64,000 bases of DNA from Pelagomonas calceolata (Eukaryota), in assembly GCA_918797485.1 (NCBI GenBank), contig CAKKNE010000006.1, positions 1,736,001 to 1,800,000 on the forward strand, written 5' to 3'. Made by a program: the position numbers and the translations under genes. Positions 37,712-49,293 of this stretch are shown piece after piece. The notes below the pieces were generated by a model. It was not told the DNA's origin, did not search any database, and saw nothing but the letters and a program-made list of their open reading frames with translations. Within the stretch, counting starts at the first letter, position 1. Each line of letters opens with the position of its first letter.

Positions 37712-37997
37712 GCCACTGGCGCGACCTTCGCAGGCCACTAAAATTTCCAAACCTAATCGTTTCGCTTACCCGTTTCGGTCACGTCCTAGAGGGGTAGGGA
37801 GTCCCCTCTGGCTCAATTCGCGATCGCACCAGACGTCTAGTTATAGAGATACGGCAAATTTGGTCTCTCTCGGTGTCCGCTGGGGGCCCGGGCTGCGTCA
37901 ACGACGCCTGCGCGGGTAACTACTACGCATTTTTGTAGGTACTGGTGGAAGGTCAAAATTTCAGGGCGGACGCATGACCTTTTGGCGAGAGTTTGGT

Positions 37998-38340
37998 AAG
38001 CGTTTGGGCCCGAATCTAAGTGTTTGACATAAGAAGTGTTTAAACGAAATTGTAAGTGTTTGGGCTGGTCTTAGTGGGTTCTAGTAGGCACAAAGGGGGC
38101 TAAAAGGAGTACAAACCAGAATATCTCGGCGTATAGGGCTGCGTTCGGCCTAAGGCACGTCGTTGGTGGCTATGTTGCGGCGGTGGCAGGCTCAGGGGCG
38201 CTGATAGGGGCAATCGCACGTGCGGGTACTGCGGCGCGCAAGTGTTTTCAGCTAAATTCAAGTGTTTGGGCAAGCCTGAGTGTTGGCAAGTGTTTGGAGG
38301 CCTCTCTGACGGGAGAAGTAAACGTTTGGTAAGTGTTTGC
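37998..38340. repeat. Dispersed AAGTGTTT(G) motif cluster upstream of RPN1
   Basis: About 8-10 copies of aagtgttt/aagcgttt (e.g. near 38018, 38034, 38054, 38240, 38260, 38288, 38331); one copy is interrupted by CCTGAG at ~38273-38281. Confidence 0.7.
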
Positions 38341-38599
38341 GTCCTACCCTGGAAGGTAAGGGTGCCTCTTCCACGGGTGGGCTTCAAGGGGATTTGGGCC
38401 TCAGGCCTGCCACCGGCGGGGCCCACCCTGCGTCGCGCGCGCCTCAGGTGCCGGGCGCGAGGCATCCCCGCCAACCACGCCGCGGCGAGGCAGTCCCCGC
38501 CAGCCACGTACGGCAGAGATAGGAGTTGGGTCGGCTTGGCGCGGCGTTTACAAAAAGTGAGACAGGTACTGCGGCACGGTCGGCTGTGCTTTTGTTACA

Positions 38600-41500
38600 A
38601 TGGACCGGCCTGCTGCGTCATGCCAGAATGCGAAGGACACTACTGCTAGCCGATGCGGTGGGCTCTCGTAAGCGCTGCGTCGTATTGTTTCCTAAGCTAA
38701 CGACGCAAACTGATACAGGCCTGAAGATCAAACTCTTATGGAGGGACTAGAGCTCGCCGTCGCACGCTTACAGGACGTACGTCCGATGAGTATTTTATTC
38801 TGGCAAGCTTTTCTCGCTCGTAGGCAAATCCAGTGGTAGTTAGCACCGCCTTGGAATATTTAGTCAAGGAAGTACGGAATGCAACCTCATCAATGACTTC
38901 GGTGCCCAAGCCATTGAAATACTTGCGTCCGCACTACGATACTCTGAAACACTGTCACGCTATGGCGAAGGAATCAGTGCCATCAAAGAAGTTGATGGCA
39001 GATCTCCTTGCTGTCTTGGCAATGACCATGTCGGAGCCAGGTTCACACGAGATCCTCCATTTTAAAAAGCAGGGAACCATCAATGACCTTGGCAGCTGGG
39101 GCCACGAATTTGTGAGGGCGCTCGCTGGGGAGCTTGGGGCTGAATACACGGCAAGGCAATTAAGTGACAAGAAGGGAAGAAAGGACAACTTCACCGCGGA
39201 TCTTATCAGTCTTGTTGATGAAATCGTCCCGTGCTTGCCCGCGCTGGTGATTAGGACTCTAGTTTCACAGTATACTTGGCTCAGGTTTCATCTGCAACAC
39301 AATGCATACGCAGAAGCAGTTGATCTTCTTATTGAGACACAGAGTATATCTAAACTTCTAGGTAACTACCCACTGCGGCCTGAAAAGACCCTAGTGGATG
39401 ATAGTAACTTCAAAAGGGTCTGTCTTTATTTGCTGCGGTGTGGAACATATATCGCAGATCCAGACGACCTTAAGTGTTTGAGGCAGAGTGCATTCCAGAT
39501 TTACCGGCGGCATGGCTATTGCTCCGCTGCCTTGGGCGTTGCTTTAAAAATGGGAGATGATGATGAGGCCACACCATTCAACACACGATGTAAGGAGCTT
39601 TTTGATACGACGGACGGTCTGATGCGTAAGCAGATGGCATTCTTGCTTGCGCGGCACCATAGCAACTTTGAGTACGTTGAAGATTTGGAAGTTGATGCAA
39701 TCATTGGGAATAATAAACTGAAGTCCTACTATGCGCAAATTCCGTGTTTGCCAGGTTTCACCTTTGACGTGAATAGCACTTTAGGCTGACCTTGGGCGAG
39801 ACCTAGATATTCTTGATGCGAAGACACCTGAAGATATATACAAAAGCCACCTTGGGGACTCCGCATCCTCGCGTGCATCCAGCACAAGTGCACCCAATGT
39901 AGACTCCGCCCGAGCAAACCTCGCCGCAACATTTGTCAATGCCTTTGTGAACGCTGGTTTCTGCAAGGACCTTCTCATGACCCCTGATGGCAATACATGG
40001 TTGTACAAGAATAAAGAGCATGGTATGCTAGCCGCTGCTGCATCTCTAGGGATGATAATGATGTGGAATATAGAAGAGGGCCTAACGATTATCGATAAGT
40101 TTTTGTACAGCAACGAGGAATATGTCAGGGCCGGTGCTTGCCTTGCTATCGGCATTGTTTCGTCTTCAATTCGTCACGAGTCGGACCCACCTATTGCTCT
40201 CTTACCTGAGCACGTTGAATCTTCTTCTTCCATTATACGCTCAGCAGCTATTGTTGGTCTTGGTGTTGCATACGCTGGCTCTGGTCGAGAGGATGTGCTT
40301 GATACTTTAGCGCCTATAATTACAAACTCCGATGCCATGATTGAAGTAGCCTTTGCCGCTGTCAGTCTTGGTCAGATCTATACTGGGACATGCAACTCGG
40401 ACATTGCATCCCTGATTGTGCAGAAACTGATGGAGGCGTCTGACGCCAGCCTTGAAATATCGGAGTCAAATTTCCTTGGGCTTGGGCTTGGCCTCTTATT
40501 CTTTGGTCGGGGCGAAAAAGGAGACGCAATGCTTGAAGTCCTAAAGACGATAGAGCACCCTGTGGGCCTTTGCGCATCGGTCACCCTTGAAACTTGTGCA
40601 TATGCTGCCACGGGTGATGTGCTGCAAATCCAGAAAATGCTTCACATTTGCGCGGAACAACGTGATTCACCTTTGATATTCCCTGGGTCGGTAGAAACAA
40701 CAGAAAATCAGTCAGCAGCACCTAAAAAACCTAATCTCGTAGCCAGGCATCAGTCCATGGCTGTCCTTGGCATCGCGCTCGTGGCAACTGGCGAAGATAT
40801 CGGGGCAGAAATGACTTTGCGTACTTTTGATCATCTGCTTCATTATGGTGAGCCCCCTGTGCGTTGTGCTGTTCCGCTTGCTCTTTCACTACTGCGTATC
40901 TCATATCCTGATTATGGGATCGTTGACCAAATGAGCCGCCTAACACATGATGCTGACAACCAAGTTTCCCTAAACGCAATCGTTGGCCTTGGACTTGTTG
41001 GCGCCGGCACAAACAACAGCCGAATCGCGGGGCTTCTGCGTTTGCTCGCTGAGCATGCGCGTGAGCCCTCGACACTCTTTGTTGTTCGTCTTGCTCAGGG
41101 CCTACTTCATATGGGGAAGGGACTCCTCACCATATCTCCCTTTCATGCAGATCGAACTCTCATATCCAAGGCCGCCATGGGCTCCATTCTGACATTCCTA
41201 CATTGCTGCCTTGACATGAAACAAACAATACTGGACAAAAACCATTATCTTCTGTCTGAAACAGCGTACTATAGAATTCCCGGCGAGGGAAAGGGTACCA
41301 ACGATGTCTGATCATGCAGGTACCACCTTGCCTCTGCTATGGCACCAAGATTTTTATTCACAGTTGATGTCAATCTCAACTTACTTCCTGTGTCTGTTCG
41401 TGTCGGGCAGGCAGTTGAGACTGTTGGTCAGGCAGGCAACCCCAAAACCATAACCGGTTTTCAGACACACACTACTCCAGTCCTTCTTGGTGTTGATGAT

Positions 41501-41611
41501 CGCGCTGAGCTTGCATCCGATGAGCTCTGTTCAAAATCTCACATTCTAGAGGGCGTTGTTATTGTTGAGCCTGAGCAGAGTACACAAGGTGCCTTAGAGT
41601 GCAAGACCTAA
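38600..41611 (+). CDS. RPN1: 26S proteasome regulatory subunit RPN1/PSMD2, 6 exons
   Basis: [120 protein letters not shown]. Confidence 0.95.
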
Positions 41612-42049
41612 AAGTTGTCAATCCAAATTATGAAATGGGTGCTTCCAGTGCCAATGGATCGAAAATATTGGGGATTGTTCAACAACAACGGGCAGCTGCA
41701 AGTTGGCACCAAACGATAAGGTGGGTCGACATTATCGCGATTGGGCAAGCGACGAGCCTTCTCAGTTAGAGGGTTTGTCTACCGGCCCGAGGCTCGCCCT
41801 GGGGCCAGAAGTCTTTTCGACGCAGTATTGATGCAGGCTTGGAGGGGCGAAGGTCGGCTCTACTTCTCTGTGAGTTCTTGGTACTAGAGCTTTGGTTGCC
41901 ACCGCCTACTTCCCTGAGTTTTGTTGCTTGGGTTCTTGTTGCTAGAATGATCTTTTTGTTAGAGCCAGGGGCGTCAATGTGAGGTAAAACCGGGGCGAGT
42001 AGTATACTTGTAATAAATTAGAGTCGAGGATGGAGGACACGCAATGGTC

Positions 42050-42183
42050 CACATCACAGCGCTCGGCGCTTTTCGCCCGCACGCCGACAGCGCGAGTAGC
42101 GGCCGTACGCGGACGACTACCTTGACCGCATCGTCATGCCCCCTGGGGGGGCGCGCCGCCGACGATCGGTCTAACTCATCCAT
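42050..42183 (-). pseudogene. Possible kinesin motor N-terminal fragment
   Basis: MDELD..DDAVKVVVRVRPLL matches the first beta-strand motif of kinesin motors, but no further motor motifs (P-loop, switch I/II) follow. Confidence 0.3.
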
Positions 42184-42348
42184 TATCGACTATGAATGGC
42201 CCGCCGGGACGCGCTCGGCGCGTACCACGCGGGTTTCAGGTTTGGGTAAATCCATGTAGCACATCATCATATATTCTGTATCCATTACATCGTTATACGT
42301 ATGCGAATGTAGAGAGCACCTGACCAACGCAAACAGCGGTGCACCTCC

Positions 42349-42925
42349 AGAAGTCCACCAGCTATCCGTCGCCACATGTCAACCCGCGGCCGGTCGGGAG
42401 AGCATATTCGGTGAATGTCGATCGCGGGCCGCTTGGGCACCTATCGACAAAATTCGACCGGTATGACGTACGTATGCATTCCAGCGTATGTTGGAATGAC
42501 GCCCCGACGCGCCGCGCCAGTGGAAGGGACTTAAGGCCCGCGACGCCGACCGCGGGGAGTCGAACTCGTCCGAGAGCGGTCTTTAGGACGCTAGGCGTAT
42601 TATCATAGGCTATATTCGAATGCCAGCGCGGGTGGGGGGTTGGGCGCATTCTCTGGTGCAAGGAAAACCCGCACCACCCCCCTCACGCACCGCTGGCCCT
42701 CCAAGACTACAGCCCCCCACCGCGCGGGTTTTAGCTCTCCGTAGTATCTCAGCTTCAACCCCCATTGACGTCAACCTCAATTTGAAGTAAGGGTAGTCAT
42801 AGGCAGCCACAGACCCCTCTCAGACCAACCCCACAAACTGACCCCCACAAACTACTCCTACTTCTGCTGGGATCTTCCCGACGCTTTTGGACGTCTTCGG
42901 GACGCGCCAACTAGGTCAGGTCGGA
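42349..42925. repeat. Repeat family B, copy 2
   Basis: Colinear with 7250-7810. Confidence 0.9.
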
Positions 42926-43086
42926 GGAAGTAGTTGGTAAGAAAAGGGGGGACTCGGATAGTTTTAAAAAGATTTCAAAAAAATGGATTATGTATGCTTT
43001 ATGGCTCATCCGTCAGAATGAGACATAAAGTATACATAATCCCTATACTACTGAATTGTTAATAGGCCGGGATATATATGCGCCGC

Positions 43087-44799
43087 TCAGGATCGCTGGG
43101 CACCCTTGAGTCGTCGCGCTTCATCGACGAGCTCCCGGAGTTCAGGGTGGTGCTTTTCGAGCTTGGTGCGCTGTGCCTCGGAAAGAGCGTTACGCGCCAA
43201 ATTCTTGTCGCCGCGCTCTACCGCCCTGCGGAGCTGGTTTGAAATTGGGTCGTAGAGCCGCTTGTCAATGACCTTCATCACATCTAATTGGCGAGCGGCC
43301 CCGGTATAATCGATGCCGCGGCCGTCGGCGCGTAAATGAGCGTCGTGCAGCATCCGGTGCATGTCGCCGCTGTCGACGAACTGGCACAGAGGCACGGCCG
43401 ACCGCCGCGACACGTCGACCAGCGCGAGCTTGTAGAAGAGATCGACCGGTCTGTCCGTGCCAAGGCCATATAACGATGCCTTGGTCCGGTCCCAGTCGTC
43501 GGGCATATCCGGCGGGGCCATTTTGATGAGCGAAGTCAGGCGCCTCAGGCTTTTTTGCCCGTTAGCTCTGCGTGCGCCCTTCGACTCCCAGAACTTGGGC
43601 ACGTGACGCCTTCTAGACGATTTCTGTGCGTACTCGTGGAAAAGAACGGAAGCCTGCGGCGCGTACATGTCATAGCCGTGCGTCCATGCGCGCACACCAA
43701 TGGAGATCTCCTCGCCCATGAAGACCATCGGTAGGCAGCAATCGTACCGAACGCGGTGTACAAAGTGGCCCCTGGCAAAAGAAAAGCCCGCGGCCCAGTA
43801 CGGCTGGAGCATCGGCACGTCGCGGATGGCCGGAACGCGCTCGGGCTGCGCGCCATGCCGCAGATAGCCCGGCGAGCCCTCGAAATCGCTGTTGCACATA
43901 ATAGGGCGGGTCTTACGCAAAGAATCGCCAGAGGGCGACACGCTGCCTTCCAAGTCGGTCAAGTAAGTCGACAAAACAGCCATCTCGTTCCGCGTCCGCT
44001 TCCACTGGTCGATGATCCCGACGTCCCATCCATTGACAAACACACAATGCGCGTCGACCTGCAGCGCAAAGGCCTCGCCGCGGTACATGCGGTAGCCGAC
44101 ATGGCGCGCGTAGACCGGGCCTGTCGCGTCGTTCGCGTCCATCGCGTAGACCCGTACTTGAGAGCTGTACTTGCAGAGGGGCTGGTGTGGGTCCTCGCTG
44201 CATGGTACGGGTGGGTCGGCACACCCCACATCCCCGGGCCGGTTCTGCTGCACCGCCGCGACAACGACTCGCCTCGGGTGCGTCGCCCGCGCTAACGCGG
44301 AAGCCGCCGTGTCCCGGCACTGCCAGTCTCGGTACGAAGCGATCATTAGGAAAATCGTCGGCTCGCCGTTTACGGCGTCGACGTGCGCTAGCTCGTCGAC
44401 GCCCACCGGCGGCTCCCAGAACGTCGGCACGAGGAGGCCCGTCTGCTCATCACGCTCCATCGTGAAGCCATCGCGCTCCTGGTGCACGGCGAGCGGCGCC
44501 ACGGCGTCGAGCGGTTGTGCTTCGGTGTCGTGTTTCGCGCTCGGCGCCGACTGTCGCTGCTCCGCGGAGGCCGCCGCTGCGATGCGTGCAGCCTCGCGCG
44601 CGCGCCGTGCGGCATCACGCAGCGGAAACTCCGAGGCCAGCGGCACGGGCTCGGCGCTTGCGCGCCGGGACGGCGTGGCCCATACGAAGAAGAGCAGGCC
44701 GGTCCACGAGACGATGAGGGCCAGCGCCGAAAGCCGGACGAACTGGGCCGCACTGGAGCCGCGCCGCCGCTGTCGCGGCCGCATCGTGTTTTGCACCAT
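43087..44799 (-). CDS. GT60-family (Skp1/Gnt1-like) GlcNAc transferase, type II membrane, intronless, high GC
   Basis: TM segment (LSALALIVSWTGLLFFVW), then TIFLMIASYRDWQC, GPVYARH, LQVDAH, AVLSTY, YWAAGFSF, FMGEEISIGVRAWTHGYDMYAP. The likely start is MVQNT (44799) or MRPR (44784), not the ORF-track start. Confidence 0.85.
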   Translation of the reverse strand: MVQNTMRPRQRRRGSSAAQFVRLSALALIVSWTGLLFFVWATPSRRASAEPVPLASEFPLRDAARRAREAARIAAAASAEQRQSAPSAKHDTEAQPLDAVAPLAVHQERDGFTMERDEQTGLLVPTFWEPPVGVDELAHVDAVNGEPTIFLMIASYRDWQCRDTAASALARATHPRRVVVAAVQQNRPGDVGCADPPVPCSEDPHQPLCKYSSQVRVYAMDANDATGPVYARHVGYRMYRGEAFALQVDAHCVFVNGWDVGIIDQWKRTRNEMAVLSTYLTDLEGSVSPSGDSLRKTRPIMCNSDFEGSPGYLRHGAQPERVPAIRDVPMLQPYWAAGFSFARGHFVHRVRYDCCLPMVFMGEEISIGVRAWTHGYDMYAPQASVLFHEYAQKSSRRRHVPKFWESKGARRANGQKSLRRLTSLIKMAPPDMPDDWDRTKASLYGLGTDRPVDLFYKLALVDVSRRSAVPLCQFVDSGDMHRMLHDAHLRADGRGIDYTGAARQLDVMKVIDKRLYDPISNQLRRAVERGDKNLARNALSEAQRTKLEKHHPELRELVDEARRLKGAQRS

Positions 44800-46290
44800 C
44801 GACGTGCCGTCTTTGTGTACCAGGACGGCAGTGAGGCTAGTGTGTCTAGTTTGGCTGTGTCCCGGCCACGAGGAGACTGATAACATGATACCATAGTTAG
44901 GACACTCGTTCACACAGACGTCGCCATGGTAAGGTTTCCCAGGCATGAAAGCCGCCCGCGCTGGCAGAGGCGGATGAAATAAAGCGGCGGCGCCGTCGAC
45001 GCCTACCAGAGATCCGAGAGAAGCACGTCTTAGTTGTCGTCGTCCGAAGAAGACGACTTGCCAGACCACTCGACCGCTAAAGTTTCAGCCTTGTAGAGGT
45101 AAAGTCCACGTCCACCTGCACTTCTTGCAGGTCGAACTTTCGCGATGTTGGCTTTAACATCGCCGTGTGAAGTTAATTTTTTGAGGCTCTCGAAGCTTAG
45201 CTCGCAGTCCTCGGGCTTGACTAGTACTACTCTCCACGACTCCCTCACGCCAGAGAACAAACCATAGACTTAAAACTCATGCGCCCTCCCGCTGTTCCGG
45301 CAGCGACATCAAGTGGACGACGATGCTGATGCGATAGATGTCCGGCGCCGGATCGTTGGCGCGCATGACCTCGTGTCGAACATAACGAAGCCCCATCAGC
45401 ATCATCAGGCTACGCCGCCCCGGGAGTGGGTAAAATTTTTAATAGAGCGTACGGGTTGGCCGCCTGTGCGAGTGGAGGAGTGCGCGGGCTAGACCCAGGT
45501 GCGAAGGGACCCCTTAATGACACCGAACAAGAGGTATCCCCCAGCTCCCGCCTCCTGCGGCTAGGTTGATTTGTTGGCGCACCCGGGCCCGGGCCATAAC
45601 GGCAACCTAGTCGGTCGGGCAGGGGGCGCCGCCGGGATCCTAACAATGGACACATCCGAGTCTATAAAGGAACAGCATTTCCAATACTATGTCTTGACGA
45701 GAAACCCGGGCCCGCGTTCGAGTTAGCGAGAAAGATGATTGCTAACTCCTGAGCTATGGAAGTGTTGCACGTCGTCGTCACGGTAGGAGGGTGTTTTTAT
45801 AATTATCTCAGCGAATGGGTGTTCTGTTCTCAATTGTATTTGTTTGTTGAGACGAATTATGTAGGGCAATCTCTTTTAGAAAGGGGGAATGGGAAGAAAG
45901 GGGCGTCCGACGAACTTGAAATCCCGTAATAAATTATTTTACGCATCATGATTATGGTAATTTCGGGGGAATGGGAAACAAGGGGGAACGCGATGGATTT
46001 GCAGTCTCCCAGCCCCGGGGGTGCTCTGTTTTGATGCGACTCAGGTCGAATGACCTGGGGAGTGACAAAACCAACACCCCCTACTCTCTCGAAGTCACGG
46101 TGACGCCGTGACGTTAGCTGTCGTCTGATATGTTAGTCGCAGGCTAATTCATTCTTAATTGATTAGAGCTAAGGGAAGGTAAGGCAGGATGTTAGTCCAA
46201 AGAACAAACCGATTTCCGGCCTTGGGGACACAGGGGCCCGGGGGTGGGGTCTCGCCACTAGTACTACGGTGACCCCACCAACCCGAGGTA

Positions 46291-46800
46291 CTAGCTTTGC
46301 CTCCTCCTCCCTGGACGAACTCGCCGAGACCTGCCTCGCTCACGGGCTTTCGCGTCCTTATCAATCTCAATTCGTTGTGTTTCTTCTTGCTCTGCCTTGC
46401 TTTGTCTAGGTGGGTCTCGTAGGTCACAATGCTGAACTTTCAACTTAATGTTCCCATATTTAATGTCAGAAAGGCAGCCATTTTCAATCAACACAGTTTT
46501 CAAGACTTCGACGTCGGACCAAATTTTTCGACCCGTCATCAAGGCCATTCGTGGGAGCTCAGCTACATCTTCCTTCTCAAAACCAGCGATCCTACCTAGC
46601 CGGTTATTCAATTGGTCCTTTAGATCTGCAACCAGTGATATTGATGATATGCGGATCTCCACAGGGGCCGCCATCTCGATCATGTTCAGATGTGAATTCG
46701 CGCCAGCATGGCCCTCTGTGCCATTTGCCTCTTCTGTCATTCGAGGGGAGTCCTCTTTAACTATCGTTATAAATGCATCAGATACCACCATGTAAGCCAA
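46291..46800 (-). CDS. Hypothetical protein with possible ubiquitin-like fold
   Basis: 169-aa ORF. VEIRISSISLVADLKDQLNNRLG..RMALMTGRKIWSDVEVL resembles the beta-grasp pattern. A GTAC cluster like those before other genes lies immediately upstream. Confidence 0.4.
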   Translation of the reverse strand: MAYMVVSDAFITIVKEDSPRMTEEANGTEGHAGANSHLNMIEMAAPVEIRISSISLVADLKDQLNNRLGRIAGFEKEDVAELPRMALMTGRKIWSDVEVLKTVLIENGCLSDIKYGNIKLKVQHCDLRDPPRQSKAEQEETQRIEIDKDAKARERGRSRRVRPGRRRQS

Positions 46801-48311
46801 TTGGCGCCCTATGCGAGCAGAGAGATAGCAAAGCCTATACCTTCACCTACCTACGGTACGTACCGTAGGTACCGTAGAGATACCCGTACCGTACCGTACC
46901 GTACCGTGGTACCTACAGACTGCATTTTACCCTGCCGCAATGAACAAATTCACGCGATATCCAACTTGAACGCTGTGAGGCGCCACCAGCCGAAATAGGG
47001 CCGAAATAGGGGCGGGAAGGGCTACAACGACCTACAACGACCCACAACGACCCCCTCCCCCTACCACCTTGGCCACATTCACGGTCCCCGCCCGATTTCG
47101 GTTGCCGTGAGGCTCCGCAGGGTTTGGTATCGTAGCGCAGCTCAGATTGCGGCTTCTGAAGGGGTTGTATTTGTCCTCAGTCCCAAAAGTCGTCGATTTA
47201 TTTATGTGCCGCGTACACCGAGAACCTCGAATCGGTCTCGCGACGCTAAGACGGACACTAAGATACGCCCAGATGACCGTAGCTTCGCCCGATCGTACAG
47301 GGTAGCAGCTGCGCGGAGGACAGCTTTGCGCACGCCCGGCGAGATTTCGTGCGTACGAAGGTGGGGATTTGCCTGTAGCAGCTGGATCTTGGCGCTACTT
47401 GCGTTTTTTTTTTGCTGAAAAGCAGAGTATCCCGCATTTCAGGGCGCTCGGGCAGCCCGAGTGATACGGCTCAAGCGGGCGGCCATCCTCGCATCGTGCG
47501 GGATTATCTCGTCTATTCGGCCTTTTCTCGTAAGCCAGGATGGTAGGAGGTCGAAGTGCTGTCGAATGTCGATAATGCACTCCGTGCGAGTGTAAGACCA
47601 GAGGGGTACGCACCTTTGGGAATACCGTGACAGCCTGAGTGGCTTAGACCAGCTCTTAGACCGTCCACGGCGGGAGACCGTGACTCCGGGGAGAGCCACC
47701 TTAAAATACACTCCTAGTTTTGTTTAACGGTGTTTACGGTTTTATTTCGAATCATGTGTGGTGTGTATGAGTGTGTATAGGGCCGGGTATAAAAATAGGG
47801 GCCCGGTCACGGTGGGGGTGCGAACTTGTATTTCGTTCTCTAATCGCACTGGCACTCCGACTCCCAGTAGGAGACTCGGAGTCTGGCGACTACCCAGGCT
47901 ACTCGCCGCGACGAACTTCGATCTATCTGGTTGGATGCTTGCGATTTATCGAAGTGCCACGGGGTGCTGTGGCTCTAAGGAAGATTCAAAGAATGAACTT
48001 GAACTTTGTTGAACCCGTGTCCCGCCTGGGGGACTCGGAGTCACGGCCCAGTCTATGCCTCTATATCTATATTACCTCTGGTTTAAGTTTAGTCGAGGGC
48101 TGGTTCTCGGTCCACTATATAGTGACCGGAGGAAGTTGGATAGAGGAAACGGCGCTACTAGATTCGGCGCTTGAGGCCGTTTATCATCGCAGTTATGCTA
48201 GATATTCAACGTCAAAGTGCCTTCCCATGACTCAGAATTGTGGGAATCAACGCATATATTCCAAGCATAAAGTTTGTGTGCTCATTCCGCAATCGCGCTG
48301 ATGTACATTTG

Positions 48312-49293
48312 CTACGCAAAAATAGAAAAATCGGCTTCAAAAGGGACCTATATTTAGAGAAATTAAGTCAGATAAGCTGAGCAAAGGTGAAAGCAGTTAT
48401 GGAGGGAGTTGAGCTGAAAAAAGGCTGGGGTTGCGCCTCCGAAGAAGTACACACTGCACTACAGTAAATTTTGCCTTCAATTCTGCACCGAAAGAGTACC
48501 ATGTAATCTCCCTTGTACTCCGGAATTAAGCCAGTAATAAGGGGCACCGAGCCAGGGACCTTGGACTCAGAAATGATGCTGAAAATACCCAGCATGGCGA
48601 GTCTACCATTATTGATCTCGACCTGACGCCCACGGATCTTGTCTTTGTTTTCATCAAACCAATTGAATGGGTCGTAGAGGTTAAAGATTAACTCAAAACG
48701 GTTGCCTTTGATAGGCGGATAATAGCCAGGGAGTCCACCATTGCAGTAGTGCTGCGGAAGAATCTCGCCGTACGATTCGAGCATGCCGATTATCCCGAAT
48801 ATCTGAATCTTACCAGCGAGTGGGATCGCATCCCACTGCTCCGGGGGGGTGAGGCCAGGTTCGTACCCCGAGTAGGGAAGCTTGGCATGTGGCCCAGAGA
48901 CAACTGGGGTCGACTGTGCAAGGTATCCAAGAAACGCTGCCATTGCCACACGACCGTGCTTGATCTCCGCATGTCGTAGATAACCGATAGTAGCTTCGTT
49001 GCCAAGCGTCCAGAAATCAAGATTTAGACACCCTGCGCGGAGCAAAGTCGATCAGGTGATACGTGATATGGTGCCAGAAACACACCGAGCGGGTCCCACA
49101 GACCGAGAGACTGGCCAAGGAAATCAGGATTTGACTCAGCTAGTGCCGCCATGTCCTCTTTGGTCGCCGAGAGCACGCTCACAGTATTGTGCTTCGGCGC
49201 AACGTACGCGAGTGCGTGCGCAGAAAGGGCAAGCGCTAGAGTGACCTATGATGACTCTAATTATTAAGGCAATCAACATTGAAATACCTTCAT
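48312..49293 (-). CDS. Light-harvesting (fucoxanthin-chlorophyll a/c binding, LHC family) protein with bipartite-like presequence, 4 exons
   Basis: MK|VTLALALSAHALAYVAP..LGLWDPL|GCLNLDFW..YLRHAEIKHGRVAMAA..RQVEINNGRLAMLG..DYM|VPFEADFSIFA*. Confidence 0.93.

Noticed and set aside
43284..44896. Many long overlapping ORFs on both strands over the GT60 gene
   Set aside because: Stop-codon scarcity in very GC-rich coding DNA; Arg/Ala/Pro-rich translations without motifs.
44800..45069. ORF-track N-terminal extension of the GT60 protein
   Set aside because: It starts at a non-ATG codon with lower-GC, non-conserved sequence; the type II TM topology fits a start at 44799 or 44784.
45030..45410. Short minus-strand coding-like stretch upstream of GT60
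   Set aside because: No recognisable domain, interrupted by stops; a gene cannot be supported.
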